From the human T2T-CHM13v2.0 reference genome, Homo sapiens, in the NCBI RefSeq assembly GCF_009914755.1, contig NC_060928.1: a stretch of DNA of 64,000 bases, one strand, 5' to 3'. Positions 43,950 to 57,272 of the stretch are shown here, one piece after another. Numbering within the stretch: the stretch's first letter is position 1; each line of letters starts with the position of its first letter. The position numbers and the translations under genes are program-made. The notes beneath the pieces are model-generated. The model did no database searches, was not told the DNA's origin, and saw nothing but the letters and a program-made list of their open reading frames with translations.

Positions 43950-44302
43950 CAATGTTTAATTCAATATGACTTTAAATGGTGCACAGCTAAATGAACCTAC
44001 CCATGTTTATAAAGAATCCAAATGTATCTGATTCAAAATACTGACCCTCAAATAGAGCCGTGGATGCCCCATCCACTACACATAAGCAAGAGACAGATTT
44101 ATGAAAAGCATTTCAAAATGTTTTTTCCTTCATACAGAGTAATAAATACTCAATTAAAAGGAATTAAGGTTAATTCTAAAGAGATGGGAAATTTCCTTTA
44201 GTTTTCATTTGTTTTTCTATAAAAAATAGAAATATTTCAATCTAAAATAAAAAATCTCAAAGCTAAAAATATTAAGTATCAATTATTCAAATATCACTGA
44301 TT

Positions 44303-44602
44303 CCACGTGGGCGCAGTGACTCACACCTGTATTCCCATCACTTTGGGAGGCCAAGATGGGCAGATCACCTGAGGTCAGGAGTTCAAGACCAGCCTGGCCA
44401 ACATGGTGAAACTCCATCTCTACTAAAAATACACAAATTAGCTGGGCGTGGTGGCACACACCTGTAGTCCCAGCTACTCAGGAAGCTGAAGGAGAATCAT
44501 TTGAACCCAGGAGGCAGAGGTTGCAGTGAGCTGAGATCGTGCCATTGCACTCCAGCGTAGATGACAGAGTGAGAAACCACCTCAAAAAAAAAAAAAAAAA
44601 AA
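44303..44602 (+). mobile_element. Alu (AluSx-like)
   Basis: Near-full dimer with A tail. Confidence 0.93.
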
Positions 44603-44769
44603 ATTACTGAGTCCCCCTCTAAAAAATTCTATTAAAATGACAATTATTTTTTAAGTTTATAGCCCTCAAGTATAAACAATAGGCTCAAAAGGTTGAAAAA
44701 CAGTGTCTTGGTCCACTCCTGTGAGGTGCTAAAATGTAACGAAAAGGCCACTGGTGCTAGGGCATAGGA

Positions 44770-44935
44770 AGGCTACTTACCTTCCCAGAGCCCAAGTTTC
44801 TTCATCTGTAAATAGAAGGTGGTCGTAATACTTACCTCATGGGGTTGTTGTGAGAATTAACTGGGTTAAAGTATACAAGGCACTTAGAATAGTACTGGTA
44901 CATAAGCATTCCACAAATGTGGCCCATTATTACAT
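44770..44935 (+). mobile_element. MIR
   Basis: gtttcttcatctgtaaatagaagg...acttacctcatggggttgttgtgagaattaactgggtt...gcacttagaatagtactggtacataag. Confidence 0.8.
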
Positions 44936-45012
44936 TATTGTTGTTCTTACTATACTTTTTCTGGTCATGTTTGTTATCCCAAATTTGTTACTCATAAATA
45001 AAAAGGAAAATA

Positions 45013-45325
45013 AGTTGGGTGTGGTGGCTCATGCCTGTAATCCCAGCACTTTGGGGGGCCAAGGCAGGCAGATCACGAGGTCAGGAGTTCGAGACCAGCC
45101 TGACCAATATGGTGAAACCCAGTCTCTACTAAAAATACAAAAATTAGCCAGACGTCATGGCGCATGGCTGTAATCCCAGCTACTCAGGAGGCTGAGGCTG
45201 GAGAATCGCTTGAATCCAGGAGGCAGAGGTTGCAGTGAGCCGAGATTGCACCACTGCTCTCCTGTCTGGGTGACACAGCGAGACTCCGTCTCAAAAAAAA
45301 AATTTTTTTTTTTAATAAATAAATA
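45013..45325 (+). mobile_element. Alu (AluSg-like)
   Basis: gatcacgaggtcaggagttcgagaccagcctgaccaa; TSD aaaaggaaaataa. Confidence 0.93.
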
Positions 45326-45514
45326 AAAAGGAAAATAAATTTCTCCTACACTCAAGATTCTAAATAACTAAGATTAGTTTTTGCTCAAAGCTGCTATAGA
45401 ATACTCACTCCTCCATCCAACATAACCACCCACTATGCATTACTGCTCCCTTCCAAATCACCTGGACAACTAACGCCTCTTTCTACTTCTGTGTGAACCA
45501 TCTGTTTTCAATTA

Positions 45515-46260
45515 CTGACTCATTCACTTAATAGTCATCAAATACCTACTACATGTCAGGTACTGTTTGACATTAGACATTCAAGGATATATAAGTATCA
45601 GGTCCTGTCTTTAAAAACCTGTTATTCTAGAAGGAGAAGAAGGGGAAAAGTATTTCAACAGTTTAAAATTTTTTCCTCTAATGGAGACATATTCCAGACA
45701 TAGTATTAGCAAAAAGGAAGACCTTACGGCCTCCACTGAAGGGAGAGAGCACCAGGCCAGGTTTCTGGTTAGGTAGACAGGTACTGCAGGACAGGAGAGT
45801 TTGCAAAGCCAGGCATACAGGAACTGGCTTAGAGCATTTTAAACACTGGATGGCCAGTGTGGCCAGTACGAGTGCTAGTAAGCACCTGTGAGGCAAGAAA
45901 GGATATCAGACCCAACAGGCTCTTGGAGATAGTGCCAAAATTTTTGGACTATTGTTAAGGAATTTTAAAAGGGAATGATGTTCAAATCCACATTTGGGAA
46001 AGACCGCCATAGCAATGTGAAGAATGAAATGGAGGAAGCAGAAACTAGAAACAGGTAGACCAAGTCAGTGAGCTTTGTGTTTTTCACAGTGTCTTCGAAA
46101 TTAGTTCACTGTTACCATAACTCTGTGTGGCGTGACAACTGTTATTCATTTGTAATGGATATGAAACGGAACTTCAAAAAGATCACAAGACTTGCCCAAA
46201 GTCACATAATAATGAATAAATGGCTAAAATGGCCTCCAGAATCCAAGACTTCTCATCATC
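45515..46260 (-). mobile_element. L2 and MIR fragments
   Basis: cattcacttaatag...acctactacatgtcaggtactgttt (L2 end); gacttgcccaaagtcacata (MIR). Confidence 0.5.
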
Positions 46261-46692
46261 CCACTGGTCCTTTCTCTCCAATCCCTAGAGGTTAAAATAA
46301 AGTACAAACTTTGGTCACATCCTATCCCAGAGCAGCAGTTTGGCTGCAGCAAATGAATTCAAGTTTACTTGAGTTAATAATCAGATACTTTCTGGCTGTA
46401 AGAGCATGGAACATTTATCATAGCTAAATAAAATGGGAGTTGATTGGGTAAATTTTGATAAACTGTACTTTAATCCTGAAAAATGGCTGCTACTAGATAT
46501 GTTTTTACCCCTCTTCAGTGATACACTTCAAAGCCAGAAATAAGGTTCATGCCCATCAAATAAATAAGCAAGACTTCAGTTTAAACCCTAAACTCTGAAC
46601 ATATAATCTACTAGTCTACTGATCGGTAGTGTGAACTGCCTGGTTGTAAATATCAAGCCTTCGTATGCAGCAGATTATATTAATGGTAAACT

Positions 46693-46999
46693 GGGCCAAG
46701 CGCAGTGGCTCACACCTGTAATCCCAGAACTTTGGGAGGCCGAGGCAGGCAGATCACCTAAGGTTAGGAGTTCAAGACCAGCCTGGCCAACGTGGCAAAA
46801 CCCCATCTCTACTAAAAATACAAAAATTAGCCAGGCGTGGTGGCAGGCACCTCTAATTCCAGCTACTCAGGGGGCTGAGGGAGGGGAATCACTTGAACCC
46901 AGGAGGCAGAGGTTGCAGTGAGCCAAGGTCATGCCACTGCACTCCAGCCTGGGCAACAGAGCAAGACTCCATCTCAAAAAAAAAAAAAAAAAAAAAAAA
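46693..46999 (+). mobile_element. Alu (AluSx/Sq-like)
   Basis: Full dimer with a long A tail. Confidence 0.94.
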
Positions 47000-47849
47000 C
47001 CGTGGTTTACTCAGAACAGTTGGTAAATGGGATATTCTGCTTAATTTAACATTCCGGTTATCTGGAAGTCAACATGTACAGTAGCATATATATCATAAAA
47101 TAATTACCAAATTTCAAAGAATTAGAATAAAATAATTTAAAACTAAAACTATATTGAGTATGATTATTCATAGTCATCATTTCAACAGCTATTGATAACT
47201 AATGTTTATTGAAGGCTTATCACAGGACAGGTACTTTTCAAAGTGTTTTATATCTATTAACTCATTGCATTACACTTTACTTCATTTAACTCATTGATAA
47301 ACACGAATTGTCATTGTAAGTCATAAAAAACAAATGTGGTTGTCTTAGATGGCTTTGGTTGTTTGGCTTCTGGAAAAATGGAAGTTATATTTGACTGCAA
47401 TAATTCATTGACTGATTTTCTTCATTGCCTCCAGGTAATGAGCAACTTAATCAGCAAACCACCTCCCTCTACCCTATTATTTCACAGAACCATTACTCTT
47501 TCATACTTGTCAGCTCTGCCCTTACAAGCTGACATTTCATTAAGAGACGTAATTGAAAATCTAGCTTTCAGGTAAGTCTGAGGGTCTTCCTTCCCCCACG
47601 ATTTCTCTATTTCCGCCCCTGCCTCAGAGCAGCTATAAACCATTTTCTGTCCCTGTTAGTTACCATCTGCTTCCCCATCCTGTATTCTGAGATACCCTCC
47701 AACTGCCATTCTGATTCACAGCTGAAAAGCACTCCTGATTTTTTATTGTTGTTTTTCCTTTCTGATGTCACTCTGTTAACTCTCAGTCTCTGTTTAGACC
47801 ACCGGAACACCCCTGAGAAAGCAGTGTCCTCATACAAATTATTCTAGAA

Positions 47850-48102
47850 CAGTGGATCTCCACTGGGGGCAATTTTGCTCATCCCCACCTGCCAGGAACG
47901 TGTGACAATGTCAATTTTTTTTTAAATTGTCCCACTTGGGATAATTAATCGGGAGTCCAGAAGGAATGTACCACTGGCATCTAGTGGGTAGATACCAGGT
48001 ATGCTGTTAAGTATCCTAGAATGCACAAAAGAAACACCCTCCCCACCCCCCAAAAAGAATTATTCAGTCTAAAATGTCAAGAGTGTGAGGTTGGGAAACC
48101 CT
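47850..48102 (+). mobile_element. MER20-like hAT-Charlie MITE
   Basis: cagtggatctccactgggggcaattttgc...ctggcatctagtgggtagataccagg...gaggttgggaaaccctg. Confidence 0.85.
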
Positions 48103-48516
48103 GATTTAGAATATGATCTCAGACGAAATACCATGGTCTTCCAGTTCTCCCCTGAAGCAAATTAAAACATAACTCCTCAAATATACTGCCATAGCAACTT
48201 AAGAACATTTTGGTGAAGTTCGTTTGGGTGAAGAACATTTACATCTAAACAATGATATCCTAATAGCTGCTTTCATGGGTGAGAATTAATTAACAAACTT
48301 CTAACACTGGACTTGCCATTTAATAGACTTTGCTATACCTCACAGCACAGCTTTGGTAGAAAGTACTGCCTGGCATTGTTTGGAAACACCCTCATACCAT
48401 TTCCAATAGATCACTACAATGATATTTACTGCAAGCATCAACCTGTATTTTTTTGTACTCTAAGGGATCTTTTCTACTAAAAACAATTCACGGTAAATTG
48501 ATTTCTATTTCTAAGT

Positions 48517-48739
48517 CGGGGTTTCTCAGTCTTGGCACTACTGACATTTGGGCCTGATAGTTGTTTGTTGGGGAGCGTGGCTGTCCTGTGCATGGTAGGA
48601 CGCACAGCATTTCTGGCTTCTACCCACGAGATGCCAGTAGCAACCCCCTCCCCTGCACCCCATGACAAAATGTCACCAGACATTACCAAATGTCCCTTAA
48701 GAGGCAAGATCACTCTCATACCCCCATTGAGAATCACTG
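48517..48739 (-). mobile_element. MER20-like hAT-Charlie MITE
   Basis: ggggtttctcagtcttggcactactgacatttgggcc...tacccacgagatgccagtagca...ccccattgagaatcactg. Confidence 0.88.
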
Positions 48740-49074
48740 TTTTAGAGGGTTTTTTTAAAATCAACTTCTAATTTAAGTTTCCCACATCTAGATTTTGATA
48801 TATTGGGTTTGCTAGGTACAAATATATTGAATAACTAAACCAACAAATTCCTGTATGTTGATATTCTTAAAATAGAATTCCTATAATCCTACTGTGCAAA
48901 ACAAGAATGAATACAAATGGAAATTTTAAACACTAAACAGTACCCAAGTATCATCTAGCTTACATAACAACACAGTGATATCCTTACAGACTAAACTCGT
49001 CATCAAAGTATTTTGTTTATGGTTAAGTTTTTAGCAATGTCATTTACTCTCTGGCATGACAAAATTCATAATAA

Positions 49075-49335
49075 AAAATAGCTAATACTCATTCAACATT
49101 TACTATATTAGTGTTTTATAGTGACATGCACACAATTTTTAAGTCCCTTCCATGATATGATAACTCTGTAAGATAGGTACTATTATTATTTCCATTTAAA
49201 TATGAGCCAACTGAAGCACAGAACGGTTAAGTAACTTGCCCAGGGTCACACAGGCAATCTGTGACAGAGCTGGCATTTCAGCCCAAGCAGCCTAACTCAA
49301 TAACTCAATCCACATTCTTCTGTGTTATGCTACAT
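49075..49335 (-). mobile_element. MIR
   Basis: gataggtactattattatttccattt...ctgaagcacagaacggttaagtaacttgcccagggtcacac. Confidence 0.85.
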
Positions 49336-49417
49336 TGCTTCTCATATAATAATATGCCATATTAATCATTACATCAGCAATGAGCATATATTATAAAGGG
49401 ATTTTACTTAATTTCCT

Positions 49418-49710
<293 letters not shown>

Positions 49711-49869
49711 TAATTTCTTTCAGTGACATTTCCTCTGCAACCTAAGTGACAAAACTGTTCTGGACAACATTTGCCTCAGGATCCTTGCCATGTGTTTTCT
49801 GACAGTTCTAGCCACTGGCACAGCATCTGTAGCCCAACTGCCCAGATCCCAGTCCTGGCTCTACCATAA

Positions 49870-50228
49870 ACATTACGATTCTTCTCTCCCTCTAGACACA
49901 TGGCAGGACTGCCCTTTCCGACCTCCTTGAAATGGAATCATGGCCTAGTAACTCACTTTGGACAATGAAATGTGGGAAGTAAAACATGTCACTTCCAGAT
50001 GGAAGCTTTAAGCCAGAACTCGACTTGCCAATTCCCTTCCTGGAAGCATGTGCTGAGATGGAGCCTTTGTCGGCTGGGTCTCTGAGTGACTCTAATGACT
50101 ATAATGAGCGGTGTCCCTCTGCCAATCCACACAACGTATACCTTGAGTGAGAAATAAGCCTTTGCTGTATTAAGCATCTCAAATTCCAGGGTTGTTTCTT
50201 ACTATTCCATAATTTAGACTAAGTAATA
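49870..50228 (+). mobile_element. Old MaLR LTR (MLT1J-like), apparently inside a MIR that resumes at about 50230-50410
   Basis: actttggacaatgaaatgtgggaagtaaaacatgtcacttccagatggaagctttaag...gagaaataagcctttgctgtattaagc; MIR tgtgaccttaaacaagttatgtaacctctct follows. Confidence 0.75.
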
Positions 50229-51084
50229 TCGTTACTTATTAGTTGGTGTGACCTTAAACAAGTTATGTAACCTCTCTATGTCTGCTTCCTCACCTGGAAA
50301 ATGGAGATAATAGTAGCAACTACTTCGTAGTGTTGCTATGAGAATTAAATAAGTTAATATACATAAAGTACCTAAAACATTGCCTGGCACACAGTAAGAA
50401 CCCACTACTGTCCCCAGAAATTCTCATGTAAGCTAACTCATGGATATCATTACTCTGGTCACCAGTCTCTAACAATCTGAGACATGGATATGTAAATACA
50501 TACATTGCTTCTATATTATTATTCCCATAATAAAATGCTACATATGTAGGCTCAAAGGCTAACAAATAATTCACTGACAGACACAAAAGACTGAATAATA
50601 AAACCCAGGATATCATCTGTTACAAAATGGCATGGAAAAATATCTCCAAAAACTACAAAGTAGAAGAGAGACGATTGTATTTAACTGACCCAACTTTTGC
50701 TTCTGTCTCATCCCCTGCCAGTAATACATACATAAACAAGCACAAATATGCACACGCTCCCTTCTCAATGAACAGATTTAACTTGCCAGCCAACTAGAAA
50801 GAGATTCAACAGAAGGAGCCAAAAATGTGGTGCCAACTGGCTGTGTGACATGCACAGCAATGTCTCCTAATAAACCAACACCTGACGTCTAGTAAGTGGG
50901 AATACAATAAGCAGAAGAGGAGTGATGTGATGTAGGAAATCAACCTGAAATGTTCCCAGACACACGGTGAAGGTGATTTGAAAGTCATACTTAGACTCAT
51001 GGATTATTTTCAAAAGCATTAATTTTCCAAAGGTGACTTTCACCAGGTGTTTATTTACCTGGGGGACAATTAAAGCTGATTTCA

Positions 51085-51222
51085 GGCTGGACACGATGGC
51101 TCATGCCTGTAATCACAACACTTCGGGAGGTGGAAGTGGGAGGATGGCTTGAGGCCAGGAGTTCAAGACCAGCTTGGGCAATACAGCCCAACCCCATCTC
51201 TATTTTTAATTTTTTAAAAAAG
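51085..51222 (+). mobile_element. Alu monomer (FLAM-like)
   Basis: Left arm only; TSD gctgatttca. Confidence 0.85.
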
Positions 51223-51549
51223 AGAGGCTGATTTCAAGAGGGGAAATGGTTATACATACCCATAAGGTAGCTGCCTACATTGACCACCAGCATGCTAAAA
51301 ATATGAATTTGGGAATTATATCTCCAGCTGAATCACAGGTACAGTAAACAAATCCAGGAAATTTGGCTGCAGTGAGTTCTGGACAGATTTCAAAACTTAT
51401 TAAGGAGAGTGCCTTAAGACCAGAAGAATCAGCAAAAAGACACAAGACAGTAAAGATGAATACATATTACTGATAAAGAATTAGTAATAAGACTGAAAAG
51501 AGTATACCCTACAGTCTTATAAGAAATAAGAAATAAGCTTATTCAAGAC

Positions 51550-51941
51550 CTGTAGGACCAATTTTAGCAAGAATCCTGCTAAATCAATTTATGATTTCCC
51601 CCCCGCTCCACACCCTTGAAATCTGATCACCCTTGATATATAGCTCCTCATCTCCCACCTTTGATCTGTAAGTCCTTGGCCTGCCTTTAGCAAGAGTCCT
51701 ATTAGGTCGGGTTAGCAAGAATCCCCCTACACTTGATGTCTCCTCTTAATAATTTTCCCCTCTTAGTGAATTTTCCTCTCCCCTCACACTCTGCCCATTG
51801 GCTATAAATTTCCAGCTGTCTTTGCTGTATTCAGAATAGAGCCCTATCTCTGCCTCCTACTGTAATACTCTAATGCAATATAGTCTTCAATAAAGCTTTA
51901 CTTACCATCTCAACCAGCATCAGAATAATTTTTCCTTTAAC
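51550..51941 (+). mobile_element. ERV1 LTR (MER31-like), 3' portion
   Basis: ttttagcaagaatcctgct...tagcaagaatccccc...ggctataaatttcc...aataaagc...cagaataatttttcctttaaca; TATA box and AATAAA retained. Confidence 0.82.
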
Positions 51942-53463
51942 ATATCCAAGCTTGGTCAGAATTAGGGTGTACCTACACCTACCTGCACTATTAATACTCC
52001 GCACAGCAGGGAGAAAGGAACTACCTACCAGGTGTCATGGGCATGGAAGGATGTGAGGAACGCTAGCACTGGCCAAATACAGTGGCCTCACAAGCCATCT
52101 TCACCTTCAGGAAAATGAATATTGAGCTGCCACAGACACTCTGCTGCCCTCTTAATTTACCATTACCATGAATCTACAGGATGCTCTGTTCCAAACACCC
52201 AGTACATTCTTATACATCTTGTCCTGATAGATGCCTGTGAGGTAGGCAGGGCTGAGAATTATGAATTGTTGTCTATCAGGCTGAAGTGACTTTCCAAAAA
52301 TTGAAGTTGACAGCAATAAGGTCAAGAATCAGCTCTGTGCTGTTTTGACGGAGTGAGTCATTGCCTCCTTGAATCTGGCACATACCAGCCAACTGTCAAG
52401 GTTTGTTCTTCCACATGGTCTAACTGCTAAATACAAAGTATACTAGGTTTGTCAGCTTAGGGCATGTTTGCTTCCACTCTGAAAACATTTCAGCTGCCCT
52501 AATATATTGCTATAAAGAATTCTCTTATTATTACTGTCTTCCTCCTCATATTTAGCTCTGTCTTCCATCACTTCAAAAGAAGCATTTGTAGCTTCCCCAT
52601 CCTCTTTCTTTCTAGTTGACTTTGAAGACTATCTATATAAGTATTTCTGGCATAAAACTGACAGGTAAATGACTTCAAAGCTAATTTCCGCCCCCCCCAC
52701 CCCTTGCCCTTTTTCAGTCTCAAGATACCATGTCAGTCCTCTATTCACTCTCAAAAATGATGGCTTAACTGCACAGTGCCGTTCTGGGTCAATTCTTAAA
52801 TATACTAGAATATACTAGACACATCTGGCTCATTTAAGTCATTCTTCACCAATCTTTCTTCTTATTTACCTCCTTCCTCAACTTGGAAATTTTGCCTTTT
52901 CACAATATGTGGATAGCCATTTCTGCCAAGATTGTGCCGACAAGACTGGTTATAAATCTACCTACTTTGTAAAAGGGGAATATTTTTGTAACCATTGCAT
53001 ATCTCTATTAAAACATGAAAGAAACACTGAAGGCCAAGTGTTCAAGTGACATGCAGGAAAAAAAAAAGCTGATATTCAGAAAGCCAAGCATACAGAGAAA
53101 TAATGAGAGGTTAATGAAGTGAGTTCTGAATCACAAGTGCTGTTCAGAAAACAAAAAAAGACATCTGTGAAGGCTGACCTTGGAACTAGTCACTGTTATT
53201 CAGTCCATATGTATGTATGTTTTTATTAAAATAACTGTTCAAAGTTAACTTTCATCCAAGTTAACTTCTGAAGAAATAAAAAGGCATCACGTTAAGGTTT
53301 CAAAAATTTAACCATTCTACCTTTAGCAATGGTTAGTCCACCTTATTTTCACACATTTCCATCTTAATGAAAGCAAGTACATTAAAGGATACTCAGAATA
53401 GCTGCAAGGCATACCACAAGATGTACCACAAGATTAGAAATTTCTTTAAAAGTAATTAAGATC

Positions 53464-53758
53464 GGCCGAGTGCAGTGGCTGACTCCAGCAATCCCAGCAT
53501 TTTGGGAGGCTGAGGCTGGTGGATCACCTGAGGTCAGGAGTTCAAGACCAGCTTGGACAACATGGTGAAACCCCGTCTCTAATGAAAAAAATACAAAAAT
53601 AAGCCGGGCGTGGTGGTGTGCACTTATACTCCCAGCTACTTGGGAGGCTGAGGCAGGAGAATCTCTTGAACTCAGAAGTCAGAGGCTGCAGTGAGCCAAG
53701 ATCACGCCACTTTACTCCAGCCTGGGCAACAGAGTGAGACTGCCTCAAAAAAAACAAA
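53464..53758 (+). mobile_element. Alu (AluSx-like)
   Basis: Full dimer; TSD aaaagtaattaagatc / aaaagtaattcacatc. Confidence 0.94.
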
Positions 53759-53920
53759 AGTAATTCACATCTACAGTGAGAATTACAAAGCACAAACACT
53801 CCAACTGCACACTGGAACATCTAAGAGTAAAGTCACCAAGGTATTTCTTAAAATAATCAACTTTTCAAAAGTCAATTAAAACTTCTCAAGGGGTATTATA
53901 ATAAATTCAGTTTTACTTAA

Positions 53921-54223
53921 TTTTTTTTTCTTTTTTTTTGAGACAGGGTCTCACTCTGGCACGCAGGCTGGAGTGCAGTGGTGCAATCTCAGCTCACTGA
54001 GCCTCAACCTCCTGGGCTCAAACAGTTCTCCCACCTCAGCCTCCTGAGGTAGCTGGGACCACAGGCACAAACCACCATGCCCGCCTGATTTTTTTAATTT
54101 TTTGCAGAGATGGGATTTCACCACATTGCCCAGGCTGGTCTCAAACTCCTGGGCTCAAGCAATCGACCTACCTCAGCCTCCCAAAGCTCTGGGATTACAG
54201 AGCGTGAGCCCTTGCATCTGGCC
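53921..54223 (-). mobile_element. Alu (AluJ-like)
   Basis: Full dimer; TSD acttaatt. Confidence 0.93.
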
Positions 54224-54304
54224 CCCTTCACTTAATTATTTAAGAAAGCAGTTTGAGAAACTGTTCAATTTAAAGATACCAACGTGTATTAAGGAGTTTT
54301 TGAG

Positions 54305-54510
54305 TTTTCTTCTTTAACAAATAAATAAATTGTATCTATTTGCAGTGTACAGCATTTTTAATATGTATACATTGTGAAATTATATCAAGTTCATTAACAT
54401 ATTCATCACCTCACACACCTGTCATTTCTTGTGAGAATATTTGAAATCTACTGGCCTAGCAGTTTTCAAGTCCATAACACATTATTACTAACCACAGTCA
54501 CCATGCTGCA
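54305..54510 (-). mobile_element. L1MA-like 3' terminal fragment
   Basis: ataaattgtatctatttgcagtgtacagc...tatgtatacattgtgaaat...cagtcaccatgctgca. Confidence 0.8.
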
Positions 54511-54673
54511 CTTGCCTGTTTTATTCATTACCATACTTATACCGCTTGTACATAAGCCCCTCAGTAAGATGATCCATGTATTCACCAGACCAAACTAATT
54601 ATCACCCAAGCATCCCCCTCATTGCAAGGAAGCCTTTTAAGTGAAGTGAAGCTTTCCTTTTTAAAACTGCCCA

Positions 54674-55023
<350 letters not shown>

Positions 55024-55204
55024 TTACACATTGAAATCAATACTGGAAATACATGCTAAATACTATTCAGAAGCGACTTGAATAGATTTTCTTCAGCAAA
55101 CTCACCCTTCAGCCGAAAGGCAGTGAACTTCACCCCCAATTCTGCATAGGATTACCTGGTCTAATTTTGTAGGAGCTCTGTTTGCATTTTAATCCATCAT
55201 CCAT

Positions 55205-55236
55205 GGAAGTAAAGGCCTTAGGAAGTAAAGGCCTTA
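55205..55236. repeat. Exact 16-bp tandem duplication
   Basis: ggaagtaaaggcctta twice. Confidence 0.9.
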
Positions 55237-56184
55237 GGGGTTGAGAGCATCTGGATGTGCTTTGGCGCAGTCCATAGCTAACATCAGCACTCCTGAACTC
55301 CACCAGAGGAGACAGTGAGAAAGCCAGTGTGCCCTGGAGTAGGGCCCAAGTTCAGCTGCTCCAGAAATGCCTCTACACCAAAAGGACAATGTAGCTATCT
55401 TTCTAAAATGAAAAATAAAAAACACAGGCTGAAACAAAATCCTGCTGAAACACTGTGTGGGCAGAACTTGACCTTGCAGCATGGTTACTGAGATACTGCA
55501 CTTCTTGGGAAATGGGGACTGGTTTCCTCCTGTGAGGCCCTCAGATGCTCGGTAAAGTCAACCTTGAGATTTCCCTCTTCTCTGGCCCTTATGGCTGGAG
55601 GCCCTAAGTCTGTTACCAGACTTGCTCGTAGTTAAACAGCAGAAAGCACAGCATTAAACACTAGATTTAAAATGTGAAATAAAATTTCAAGTCACTTGAG
55701 AGTTTTATTCAGATTTTAAACAAAATCTGAAAAGATTATATATATGAACAATGAAGATTATATGTCAAAGAATACTATAAATAGGATCCTTTGGTGGGAA
55801 AGGAGGGATCTATAAATTCTTAATCAAATATTTTTCTATTTCAATTTAAATTTTTTTTTTTGTAGAGGAGTGAAAATTATAATGCTAAATGATTCTTTCA
55901 TTCTTCCCCAAAGGAGAAATACTCTGCCTAAACCCATTCCAATCATTGATCTGATGTATAATTTAATCACAAATATAAAACTGCTTTCACTTGAAAACTT
56001 TTCTCCCCACAAAAATACCACTTATGCAGCGACCCATGTTCTAACATCTTTGTAATTTTTCCTATCAAGCAATGTTTTTAAAATGAAATATCGCTTCTAA
56101 AATTATCCCCAGTGGAAAAAGAGATTTGAAATATTAAATTCATATGTCCTAATAGCTAAGATTTGCACTTACATTTTGGATGTA

Positions 56185-56742
56185 TTTTTCTTCAAACATT
56201 AGTGTGCATAAAAATCTCCTGGGAAACTTGTTTGAAATGAAAATTTCTGGGTCCCAGCTCCAGGAAATCAAATTCTGTGGATCTGAGGTGGGGCCCAGAT
56301 ACTATCATTTGAATGTGTCACCCAAAATTCATGTATTGGAAACTTAATCTCCAATGCAACAGTGATGGGAGATGGGCCCAATGGGAGATGTTTAGGTCAT
56401 GGGGGCTCTGCCCTCATAAATGGACTGTCCTTTATGAAGGGAGTGGGTTTGTTATAAAAGCGCGTTTGGCCCCCATTGCCATCCATCTCCTGCCTGCTCT
56501 CTTGCTATATGATGCCTTCTGCCATGTGATGATGCAGCAAGGAAGCCCTTGCCAGATCTGGCCCCTCAATCTTGGACTTCCCAGCCTCCAGAACCATGAG
56601 CCAAATACATTTCTATCATTATAAATCACCCAGCCTGTTATAGCAGCACAAATGGACCAAGACACCAGGTATGTGCATTTTTAACAGGCATCTAGGTGTT
56701 TCTAATGCAGGTGGTCCTTGGACCAGACTTTGAGAAACAGCA
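56185..56742. mobile_element. MER5A-like hAT MITE split by an MST LTR
   Basis: gtgtgcataaaaatctcctgggaaacttgttt...ctgaggtggggcccag | LTR | gtgcatttttaacaggc...gaccagactttgagaaac. Confidence 0.8.
56300..56664 (+). mobile_element. MaLR solo LTR (MSTB/C/D-like)
   Basis: tttgaatgtgtcacccaaaattcatgtattggaaacttaatc...cttggacttcccagcctccagaacc...aatggaccaagaca; TSD ccaga/ccagg. Confidence 0.88.
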
Positions 56743-56989
56743 TTGCATGAAAAAGAACTCATTTCCAAGACAGCTGTCCAGTCTTCAAACCCCTTCTCCC
56801 AAATCCATACTACTTTTATTTCATTAGACAGTTTTTAAACAATCTCTCATTAGCCTAGAATAAAGAAAACCTTTGAAATGTTATTCTCATTACAACTACA
56901 CAATAAAAATACCAAAAGGCAAGGCATATAAGAATAAGGGAAAACTGAAAAGCTCACTTGCTCTAAGGTATAATTTAAAATTAGAACTG

Positions 56990-57272
<283 letters not shown>

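Noticed and set aside
44775-44838. Two consensus minus-strand donors (AAG|GTAAGT and GAG|GTAAGT)
   Set aside because: They lie in a MIR, where such motifs are common, and I found no convincing acceptor to pair with them.
45293-45313. A10-T11 palindrome in an Alu tail
   Set aside because: Ordinary homopolymer tail decay.
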